Source of the DNA: Candidatus Kapaibacterium sp.
GTDB taxonomy: Bacteria > Bacteroidota > Ignavibacteria > Kapaibacteriales > UBA2268
Length of the DNA stretch: 64,000 nt
Assembly: GCA_963664875.1 (NCBI GenBank)
Contig: OY761611.1
Span: 1,920,001 to 1,984,000 of the forward strand
Reading direction: 5' to 3'
This document shows positions 23,201 to 27,489 of the stretch, one piece after another. The notes beneath the pieces are model-generated. The model searched no databases. It saw only the letters and a list, made by a program, of their open reading frames with translations, and had not been told where the DNA came from. Each line of letters opens with the position of its first letter. Position 1 is the first letter of the stretch. Both the position numbers and the translations under genes were made by a program.

Positions 23201-25186
23201 ACCACATTCATTTGCATCAGTAACTCTAACCACTACTCTTAAATCTACAGCACCAGTACCATCAGCATTAAAACTGTGTGTAGAAGTATTGTTATCTGTC
23301 AAACGAGTATAGCTTACACTTGTAATTGAAGGAGGAGTGTTATCTACACTAAATGTAGCAGCCGCAGATGCAGCACCAGGATTACCAGCAGGATCTGTAG
23401 GAGTTGCAATGATTTCATAAGTACCACTTGCTTCTCCTGCGATATCAAATGAATATGAATAAACATTTCCTGCAATTAAAGTAGCAGCTTCGTCAGCTGT
23501 TAAACTTGCAATATTATCCACACCACTACCACTAAGAGTAATGTGTGAATCATTCCAAGTACCACATCCATTTTCATCAGTTACAGTCACTGTAAAAGTA
23601 ACTGTTCCAGTTGGACTTGAACATGCACCTGAAGTCACTGCAACAACAGCAGATGGAGCAGAATTATCAATGATATATGCAAATGCACCATCATCGTCAT
23701 TTGCAACAGTAGTTTCATTACCTGCATCATCTGTAACTTTCCAAGCAGCATCACCAGAAACATCGCCATCAGCCACAGTCACAGTTAATGTATAATTTGG
23801 ATCTGCGTCACCTAGTGTTACATCGTCCGCAATTCCATCTTCCATAGTAAAGTGTATTTGATCACCGGCTGCATCATCATAACCGCCATCACTTACACCA
23901 CCAAGAGAAACTACTAAGTTATCTGTATTTTTGAAACAGTCCGCGTTTATAGCAGCTGTAGTTACTACAGGAGCTTTTGTATCAATATAGAATTGATAAG
24001 AAGCAACTGTTTCCTCACTTACAGAACTAAGAAGACCATCTGTATCATATAAAAAGTTTTCTGCACCAGTGATAGCAACATTGCCATCACCTTCAAAAGC
24101 AGAGCCATCGATATCAGTCATGTCACCAGCATCATCTGCAGCAACATCGATAACGATAGCACCTGAAAACTCTTCAGTATTATCCAATAAACTAAAGTAT
24201 TGTCTGTAAACATATTCAAAAGGCCAGTCATCCTGTTCATTTTGCAACTCAGGAATCCATTCGCCTTCACCTTTAGAAATAACAGTAGAATTAACATCAC
24301 CATTACCTTGGAAAGTAATATCAGGTGTGTCATTATAATCCATAATTTCGCTAAATTCTACATCTATATAATAAACACTAGCCAAGTTAGCTTGAACGTA
24401 AGCTTTGTTTACTACATTAGGAGTACCAGCATTCAAATTACTATGTACTTTAACTATAGTAGGCACAGCATCAGCACCGGCAGTAAATGTACCGGTAAGC
24501 CAATTTGAAACTGCACCTTGAGTTGTTACGTATGCAATTTGATATGCATATTGTTGCTCGTGAGTAAGTCCCATTATCACCCAACTATCAGCATTACCGA
24601 TATTTTGAGTAACTGTGGCACCAGTAGACAAATTAGTATAATTCAACAAAACATTAGCACCTGCAGGGCGATTCTCCCAAGCTAAGTGTACTACATTTTG
24701 TGAAACTTTTGGTTCTCCAGCAGCCAACGCTAGCCCCGGTAATGGAGCAATAAACGTAGCCGGGTTAGTTAGCCTTTGAGCGGTGCAATAAGCTGGCGTC
24801 GGAGCACCGCCTGTTTCATTATACTCAAAAGCGTAAACAGTATATTGGCTACCTGCGGTAAGACCAGTAACTGTAACAGTTGTACCTGTGCCAGTGTAAA
24901 CACACTGAGCAGTACCTGATGCAGCAGTATATGCTGTGGCTACACTACCTGTGTAGTCAGTACCATTTTCGGGATTATTTTGCGAATCCCAGGTATTGCC
25001 AGCCATAATAAATACAGCTACTTTCTCGCCATCACCACGCCGCCAGTTGAACGTAACGTCACTGCCGGAAGTAGTCATGGAGATTCTACCTGCCTGCCGC
25101 GTAGGGCTGGTCGCTGCCATAGCATCAGGCACAGCGAGCGCCACCATAAAGAGGCAGAGCAAAAGTAAGTTGAGCACTCGATTCAT
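8249..25186 (-). CDS. Giant (~5645 aa) T9SS-secreted adhesin: signal peptide, FN3-like modules, ~40 tandem Cys-bearing bacterial Ig-like repeats, FN3-like module, T9SS type A CTD
   Basis: ATG at 25186 with GAGGAG RBS (track starts at an upstream TTG, 25201). Recurrent (I/V)DNTAP linkers and DxAGN motifs; pre-CTD NVELRSF...LDWETIRETDNVGFEV; CTD IQPNPV...IYSLEG...AGTYTLKV...KRFVVVR. Confidence 0.9.
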   Translation of the reverse strand: MNRVLNLLLLCLFMVALAVPDAMAATSPTRQAGRISMTTSGSDVTFNWRRGDGEKVAVFIMAGNTWDSQNNPENGTDYTGSVATAYTAASGTAQCVYTGTGTTVTVTGLTAGSQYTVYAFEYNETGGAPTPAYCTAQRLTNPATFIAPLPGLALAAGEPKVSQNVVHLAWENRPAGANVLLNYTNLSTGATVTQNIGNADSWVIMGLTHEQQYAYQIAYVTTQGAVSNWLTGTFTAGADAVPTIVKVHSNLNAGTPNVVNKAYVQANLASVYYIDVEFSEIMDYNDTPDITFQGNGDVNSTVISKGEGEWIPELQNEQDDWPFEYVYRQYFSLLDNTEEFSGAIVIDVAADDAGDMTDIDGSAFEGDGNVAITGAENFLYDTDGLLSSVSEETVASYQFYIDTKAPVVTTAAINADCFKNTDNLVVSLGGVSDGGYDDAAGDQIHFTMEDGIADDVTLGDADPNYTLTVTVADGDVSGDAAWKVTDDAGNETTVANDDDGAFAYIIDNSAPSAVVAVTSGACSSPTGTVTFTVTVTDENGCGTWNDSHITLSGSGVDNIASLTADEAATLIAGNVYSYSFDIAGEASGTYEIIATPTDPAGNPGAASAAATFSVDNTPPSITSVSYTRLTDNNTSTHSFNADGTGAVDLRVVVRVTDANECGDFGTDLGNNATPATGAAKLEFTKKVGTGAIAGFVGAIDAATDARTYITNVNEFSPGVWDITYEFDLEGATGGDINFSVTATDKHNNASAETDVANSIINVDILDPTFTSQPALVGAPADDCYVGGNTINVTMDFDATSVVEAGSYGNVQEDVFTVNKTAGPDVPQEINFVLADIASAATVTQTMSADLTGLTAESYTGDYTYTVTGVDRAGNSVTSADLTFSIDNTAPTATAVWKDDAATDGSANTITCASVGQTVYLHVTLTETGCGTMDGAIDNANGGLTVTANNFTDNLAYTDAAPANLNPSYTFVYETTIDAADNAGDNVLTYTVTDSKGNASTGNTATIYIDKTAPSVIVNTLSQSCFKTGGTLSFNVTALDPAPVCGTFDASNLQVWLEESEPANTVYDVGTDIMLSVALSSGNTYTYSRVIDGTESGNVYALAIDDAGNQTGFNSPSLFTIDNTAPTAAVTIVDACLNNTQTLTANVLVTEAGDCGLSGYTATVTGAGKGTADPVLAVGPTDNLNGTYSLQYTVDLSQETAYAEGTYTFSFNTNDAAGNSMVAPETATFTVDNTPQTISAITFTDACVDGSLEFEFTISDVNCNPLEVNEYNTPVITDPSGNDPVLVGGAPADNDGSYTWTYTLNVADLNEAGNPYQIAVNYTDDFDNASDEVTGTFNIDRSLPSIANLEATPTCAVDATGTEDVTITFDMTDAASCALDASNITTATVTGGVLSTPSIDGSTVTYTVNLFEVADGDYTFTVEVTDDAGNASGASNVGFTVDNSAPELSLLSDNATCVKDGDVINITFTVTDAEECSALTAANFTISAAGVTVDAADIDVTGANSPYTVSADLTLPDALPGADVADGDYDITVAFADNAGNPGVAADGHSLTIPNAFTVDNTKPTLGTPVLVAEEPTCIKPGTEVDIQVSLTDNNANCNTFDAARVTVDKGALNGAVAVAAALTEGNIIITYTAHADDANGLATLPSITYEDEAGNVSIAVAATELFSIDKVEPAVNAASLSITDDQILGTCFGDSRDIEFSFSVVEEGCGTFVSPTNIEVTIIDAGAHNYSATYVGRTGTGTVADPYVFTYSYTFVGEETNGAATISVDVMDDAGNHPVAVVLNDGFSIDNAVPTITLSAKGTCETAGTVDFSVVVTDASTCGTLNQDDITITLEDASATPVAIPVAFLNEAPAGTFNYRATVASNHATGYASITATIKDDAQNTSSDVDAQYFQIDNTKPTVTSITVLDQGDNVVDCITTGNYKLQIGVTDLGCGTLTGALTELQTADPGKIFVFLPVFNANLTFSQIVSNVGDDYVFEYTFTIPQGDEGGKHVRVLATDSKGNLSNLYDPAGFEFTIDPLNHTIATTTTTNAVGTCLGTGKVITATLNVNVDENSCGGVENVEAELEFSDNSTVWMTPAAGNPAPVGGLYPDGTYEFTYTVDSEDPNGALLSVTGYLNHGLNAVVADADEALNLVLDTDAPTVTPNAAFALGCLGNGADAVFTDIVVDDNAVCSDIDETNIEVELYTAEGGTFRTLTSATDVAIASTYTYDDQNNHFDFTYVIQGDEPQGEAIGVRLNVTDNAGNSVEDQVVDADAFSVDYEGPVVSNIAVSETCVKYTEVEGTPTTTLDVTFDVEEAGCGTFDASNITIAAVNGGTTLTLASTDNPATIVVAGNANDGYTVTGTFTIPDVEGEYTITLTVDDDQDNVATMAVEDPATGNAAGATITAVPTFRVDNSGPVFAEVNAPAKIALYTYDGQDYTLVTDACVTDGNYYLGVEPSDAGCDGIVGTSVVYTPNQAVAGQFYVSASTFANTVDTPIEVGGMYYIPLAIASTDDGTEEITLSLFDGLLNESEELTYSIDVDNVGPVVSDIDIAEADQCVAYTEDGGQNPTTEVDVTFHVEEDGCGAFDAANVSATATNGTTTLNGSITSLTGNVNDGYDVTATFTILSNTTDGLYTVSLVIDDDKDNYATMDGAEPAATGTAVGATITAEDKFYVDNAGPVVSNIQLDKSCVKYTDDGDEEEPTPTTVVTATFHVEEAGCGTFNAGNIDADARTSWNGPFSIAGVVTDVDGETPQTGYDVTVEFTVPQAAINGPYQVELTIDDDNGNAADFDGTEDPATGFIDGIIYSEATFTVDNDAPSITAMDFADGIADACLTTGAVISGTVTVNQTGCSPVNAVTVYLDLPGGVETATVGTPSGNVYPFTYTIQTVDGSGDVDVYATATDGLGTTSTEFDFEDVDFSLDQLKPTSVAIASGQDGGCYNHTQTITLTVSADIDAAGCLDQDDITIEFTGLGGLNAQLSANQPTGPVDTKYTWEYTIDIPENTTEPVVNYDGLYTIAATVNDGNGAVSAGSISFTVDNTPAALSLSSITDACLNQTGTLAFSFLVTEEVTGTDCYDGLNNLSFTDPSTANNVQTNVTDNEDGTWTVEATLLLSDVAQGDKQVTVNYTDDANNASTQLAVNFHVSTALPVVSAITVSDNCVNSLLPYSFTVADNSTCGDGINAAEYWIELTGNPAAGDADGTMTISEGTFSGNIDISGLANGQYDLIVVYTDDAGNSDEEIATFTVDKTAPAFAAVNENLDQIALYTEAGGVYSEVTDNCIQGGSYYLGVAPSDAGCDIVASDVVETTPVSGQFFMTSTTFANSIVTDDGVIEGAGDYAGMYFIPLTVANDEEGSKSVVLSIYDGAMNESEDLTYSITVDNDAPAIALGTVTACSNTEIAYSFTIDDTDCDENGVNNATVSIWTTAIPAVQVGGNISVASSSSNETVNTYTGTLDVSAYASGTYTLKVDYIDDSDNESDAASTTFNVDTDGPVVSTIALDDNCIKDGQSVTMTFNVTDNDICSALAAGNISAEAVNGSTTITGTDVTYNDQTGDASVTFAFPASPQTAHDQGAYSIALIIADPAGNTAEMAEEDVTGTVNGQDDTVIDVTPTFTLDNAGPVIAFTDMTPDEDDCYKAGQTVSIEFSVEDGSCGGAGATPVVTITLPKEAPNTVAATVTGTYPNYTATYLATANDGTGTATVSVTAADGLGNANTNASLATFSIDNSVPVVDNFTLISTPTCYKADQTVTFAVDYENLGCATQDIALWDGENNGFEVDIYNGNNLINGNIGEPNEVNGKLQFTYTVDAADVTGSYTVEFNIVDSKGMEGYLVQSSAFTIDNSKPTLTLVSPTNPPTCVEPGDIVTFQVNASDVGCGTFDEDDITVTVTNGTPANISAVTPVNGDGYNYEFTYTVAGTVETPVDVAPIINITASDDLGNTLLAPVTHAMTVDVNPLDIAIDLPQTTCVSQITDGTFVFDVTATNLGCDTDIEDLTVTVQATGETAATTLTGSEGTYTYTIPTGSAYTGEATITVTAVDGFANTVTETSTFMIDNTAPAIAGDVTITNNATSGQCLGTGNTITTDFTIADADCADLGEVTITYDFSDGTDATYSSVGDFTINDGVVSHTHTIVEVNGTGTCTVTVNAVDTKGNAMTPVNGDVVNNIDQTGPTLTLVNTPPTCVEPGDVVTFQVNASDVGCGVFNEDDITVTVTDGTSANISTVSAVDGQTNVYEFTYTVAGTVATPVDVAPIINITASDDLGNTLLAPVTHAMTVDVNPLDIAIDLPQTTCVSQITDGTFVFDVTATNLGCDTDIEDLTVTVQATGETVATTLTGSEGTYTYTLPVGPTYTGEATITVTAVDGFGNTITETAPFMIDNTAPAIAGDVTITNNATSGQCLGTGNTITTDFTIADAGCANLGEVTITYDFSDGTDATYSSVGDFTINDGVVSHTHTIVEANGTGTCTVTVNAVDTKGNAMTPVNGDVVNSIDQTGPTLTLVNTPPTCVEPGDIVTFQVNASDVGCGTFNEDDITVTVTNGTPANISAVTPVTGQTTVYEFTYTVAADDLEEEILGDVAPIINITASDDLGNTLLAPVTHAMTVDLNPLDIAIDLLGVTCVSKELDGNLVFDVTATNLGCDQVVSNLTVTVTPFGGNATTVTESEGVYTYTIPQGSTYTGEATITVTAVDGFNNTITETATFMIDNTAPVLSAYSDDAECVGALLLTINATQIHFSVNAEDLGCGTFAHSDINVTMTSSSGLPLVGNLTTDGSTGTVFNYVYTVHPQDPTGDVNITFNLVDSKGNIAVTYAPTDNANDGSEFKIDNTAPMLSNLEVSKQNAVEGDNLSITFDLADAGCAVTNQPVVTLTFADNSNTTATYASGSGNGTYTYSYTVPTSPVEGGVNVKVNSSDALGNTDVLDPANFEFVIISNTPADVTSIVVNDMMVEDADAGNNFTVAVTYSQPMDVTQNAPVVTFDPTVGGTFTNGSGAWSNGNQTYTMTYTIVDAGICVDDVDVSVTGGQNTVGIAANGGTEANLFDVYMCSAANARADIVFAGNEANGISSLTNGDITTSTNGTRVLKLTVRDDITTDTDTKPTNVTALTINAAGSNQAAFDTHIHAAALFNAAGTKLCDAVITAGALTFSNLSVSCADNSTYDMYLRLTVKNPLPAGADGKRLVFTLANTNVTVDANSTPLTTFTNTSSTAASNNVIQVVVTQLAFVDQPTNATVGVAEPVEDNVTVKAQDANGNIDTDAAFTVNMSITNTTAISNGGSANMLSGVATFSGLTYQYAASGVALTATPASPFVANAISNTFNITPPAPAAAAALNLVSKTSSTILLQWNSNGANSLLLAIQGSEMPSAVPAPQTAYTNTNGAFSIGAPTYTSNCDEITGSLIGGGTANARVVYFGSDQQINVTGLQKLVTYTFKLYTFNSDATFTASTVVYAADGPTATITTSKYKEAYANVELRSFDVTSADAQAFLDWETIRETDNVGFEVHRAEMTEAGLEPFEMITSYEDNSALAGLNESEFGKKYKLTDDDAVLAIGATYVYRLVSVASDGYKQVQAERSVLINGAASMSVSEIQPNPVVTDLKFDLDMVESRKVTIQIYSLEGTLVAQPILDKEYGMGLHKVSIDLDRSMIPAGTYTLKVISGDNEAVSKRFVVVR
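11130..13680 (-). repeat. Intragenic tandem duplication, 969-bp (323-aa, three-domain) unit, about 2.6 copies
   Basis: TACGCATGTTGGAGG recurs at 11723, 12692 and 13661 (spacing 969); near-identical DNA between copies. Confidence 0.92.
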
Positions 25187-25290
25187 AGAGCGTCTCCTCA
25201 ATAATTAAAAAAAACAGAATTTAGTATCAATTGCCCATAGTCATGGCACGCAAATTGTGGAAAACTATCGCTTAATTACGCGCCAAAGCA

Positions 25291-25330
25291 TACAAAACAA
25301 AGAATAATTAGTCAGCATAGCTAATTATTC
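25291..25330 (-). terminator. Terminator-like hairpin in the upstream leader of the giant adhesin gene
   Basis: Perfect 10-bp inverted repeat GAATAATTAG (25302-25311)/CTAATTATTC (25321-25330), followed on the minus strand by TTTGTTTTGT; stem is AT-rich. Confidence 0.4.
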
Positions 25331-25543
25331 AATCAAAATGTAAACAATTTTCTTAAATCTACAAACACATTTTTTTGTTAAATCTGCATTAAGTACATTC
25401 ACAGTTTAGTCAAGTAACTGAATACAAACGAGTTAAAGCTGATAAGAAATTTTGCAAATTACGTGTTTTCCCGTATGTATTTTTTCAGTTTTTACAGATA
25501 TAATATCCGATTGTTGGCGAATATTGTCAAATAGAAAATAATT

Positions 25544-25560
25544 ATCAAATATAGTGCCTA
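25544..25560 (-). promoter_or_regulatory. Possible sigma-54 (-24/-12) promoter for the giant adhesin
   Basis: Minus strand TAGGCACTATATTTGAT vs consensus TGGCAC-N5-TTGC; correct GG-N10-G spacing, two mismatches. Confidence 0.3.
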
Positions 25561-25817
25561 TATTGCCGGCGATAGCAATAAAATGTTAAATAGATTAAGA
25601 TAATTCATAGATATATATTATGTATATCACGTATATTTTTTGTAAGTATTTTTATTACTACAGAGGAATATTTATGTGGAAAACTATGGGAGGATTGGGG
25701 GAAATAAAAATACTATAGGCTATGTACAACAACAAGGGACTGTCTCATAAGTAAAACAATCTATATTAACTTGACGATTACTCAATACATTATGTGATCT
25801 GAGTTAAGCAAAATGTA

Positions 25818-26013
25818 GAGGCTGTCTCTAAGTCATAATTTGCAAAATATTCTTGATGTATGTAAGTTTTACCGACAGCTGAAGCAGTCGGTTGCACTTG
25901 TGTAACTCATTGCAACCGCATGCTTTAGCTTGCGGTAGAAGATAATATAACGTTTGTTTTTCCTCTACTTTTACAAAAGAGTATGACAAAACTCAGACTG
26001 CTGAGACAGCCTC
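25818..26013. mobile_element. MITE/REPIN-like element: 11-bp terminal inverted repeats enclosing an inverted REP doublet
   Basis: GAGGCTGTCTC (25818-25828)...GAGACAGCCTC (26003-26013); inside, ACCGACAGCTGAAGCAGTCGGT-22 nt-ACCGCATGCTTTAGCTTGCGGT (25871-25936), similar to 54417-54482. Confidence 0.65.
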
Positions 26014-26022
26014 AAGCTGGTC

Positions 26023-26104
26023 GCCCTTACAGGGCTCTATATTTCAATGACTTATCTTTCCCGGGGCGTTGCCCCGGGCTGATATATTTGAGGCTTTCAG
26101 CCTC
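26023..26104. repeat. REP-like hairpin triplet (GCCCTTACAGGGC / CCCGGGGCGTTGCCCCGGG / GAGGCTTTCAGCCTC)
   Basis: Three GC-rich palindromes in AT-rich intergenic DNA; layout resembles REP clusters associated with IS200/IS605-like tyrosine transposases. Confidence 0.65.
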
Positions 26105-26108
26105 CTGT

Positions 26109-26261
26109 GAAAAATATAAAAAAACCGTGGGGAAATCTATAATACAAGCGTGGGGTGTGAAACCTATACAACCGTGGGGGGTGTGAAACCTATACAACCG
26201 TGAGGTTAACCCCACGGCTGTAAAAAAATATAAAAAAACCGCGGGGTTTTCCCCACGGTTG
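26109..26261. repeat. ACCGTGGGG-family REP hairpins with reiterated left arms
   Basis: ACCGTGGGG-like arm repeated at roughly 22-26 nt spacing (TACAA(G/C)CGTGGGG..GTGAAACCTA), then full hairpins ACCGTGAGGTTAACCCCACGG and AACCGCGGGGTTTTCCCCACGGTT; AAAAATATAAAAAAACCG duplicated; same hairpin at 51797. Confidence 0.75.
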
Positions 26262-26286
26262 GATAAATAATTCAATTTACAATTAC

Positions 26287-27357
26287 TTAGTCTTTTTTCG
26301 TAGTAACCTTGATCACATTAGAAAAGCCTGTGATGCCGGATTTGAGCATAGCCCGCACGCGGTAGTAGTACGTTTTTCCTGCTTCCAGATTGTCAATATC
26401 CCAATCATTTACTGGCATGATAGTGATGTTCGAGTAGTTAGGGAGCAGCTGAGAAAAGTTTTCGTCCGTAGCTACATCGAGGATATAATTTTTTGCATCT
26501 TCGACCTTCTCCCACTGAGCAAGGAAGTGATCGCCGCTAACATCTTTAGCTTCGAGAGCCTTAGGAGCAGGCGGCAGTGCAGTGTAAGTGCGAACAAAGC
26601 GAGAATCTTTCTTTTTAGGCAAAGCGTAAACAGTGTTTTCACCGGAGCCGTTAGCTTCTATCGCAGCAATAGTATAAGTCTTACCTGGTTTTAAACCTGA
26701 TAAGCGAATGCTTGCTTGCGTTTTACCGGTATTTTTTTCGATACATGATGTTTTAGTATCCTTAACGAGAGATTGTCCGTAAGTGGCATTAGGGATTGCC
26801 TCGTACTTGTTTTTCGGTAGTTTTATATCATTTCCCTCGGCAACAAAGATAAAAGTAGCATCGCCATTGCCTCGCATATAAGAAAGCGTAATAGATCCGT
26901 CGGAATTCTCGCTGATAGCAAGATTACGAGGAGTAATGCTTGGAGATTTAGGTAAAGTCATGACATCAAAAGACTTTAGCAAAAGCGAATAGTCCGGTGC
27001 TTTCTCATTATTAAAGCTATAGACATCTAATTTATATTTAGTGCCCGGAACTAAGCCTTTTATATCGAGCTTATTATTTTTGACTTTCCCTGTAAAGATC
27101 GGGTAATTTTTTTTGCCGATAATATTGTTTTCAGCCTTAGATATGTCCGCCACAGGCTTATAGACAGTGCCGTTAGTAGGCGGGAAATTAGATATTTTAT
27201 CTTCCCTAAGCACAAGCAGGAAAGCAGACTGCCCGGCAGACTTGATAGTAAACGAAAGGGACTCCTGCTCAGCATCGACATTAGTAACTTCATCGATGGC
27301 AAAAAGCGAGATAGAAAGGGCGATGAAGAGCGTCAAAACAGCGAAAATGTTTTTCAT
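26287..27357 (-). CDS. Secreted fibronectin type III domain protein (two FN3-like modules shared with the giant adhesin plus a canonical FN3), no T9SS CTD
   Basis: Signal peptide from MKNIFAV (ATG 27357); GLVPGTKYKLDVYSFN, RGNGD...GLKPGKTYTIAAIEAN, C-terminal AQWEKV..AKNYILDVATDENF...NLEAGKTYYYRVRA. Confidence 0.85.
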   Translation of the reverse strand: MKNIFAVLTLFIALSISLFAIDEVTNVDAEQESLSFTIKSAGQSAFLLVLREDKISNFPPTNGTVYKPVADISKAENNIIGKKNYPIFTGKVKNNKLDIKGLVPGTKYKLDVYSFNNEKAPDYSLLLKSFDVMTLPKSPSITPRNLAISENSDGSITLSYMRGNGDATFIFVAEGNDIKLPKNKYEAIPNATYGQSLVKDTKTSCIEKNTGKTQASIRLSGLKPGKTYTIAAIEANGSGENTVYALPKKKDSRFVRTYTALPPAPKALEAKDVSGDHFLAQWEKVEDAKNYILDVATDENFSQLLPNYSNITIMPVNDWDIDNLEAGKTYYYRVRAMLKSGITGFSNVIKVTTKKD

Positions 27358-27414
27358 AAGCGTATCATTTGAGTTAAACATATAAACAAATATACTAAAA
27401 GTAGGCGATAATAT

Positions 27415-27453
27415 AAAAAAAAACGCGGCCTCTTATAGAAAGAGACCACGTTT
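27415..27453 (-). terminator. Rho-independent terminator after the fibre gene
   Basis: Minus strand ACGTGGTCTCTT-TCTAT-AAGAGGCCGCGT plus T run. Confidence 0.8.
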
Positions 27454-27489
27454 AATATATTCAATCTATTGTGAAATAGATTATGATTC

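Noticed and set aside
26124-26220. Short repeats ending GTGAAAC, superficially CRISPR-like
   Set aside because: Units are directly adjacent (about 22-26 nt period) with no unique spacers and no cas genes; they are reiterated REP arms
25983-26275. ORFs of 67 and 82 aa over the REP cluster
   Set aside because: Translations of palindromic repeats, not protein-like
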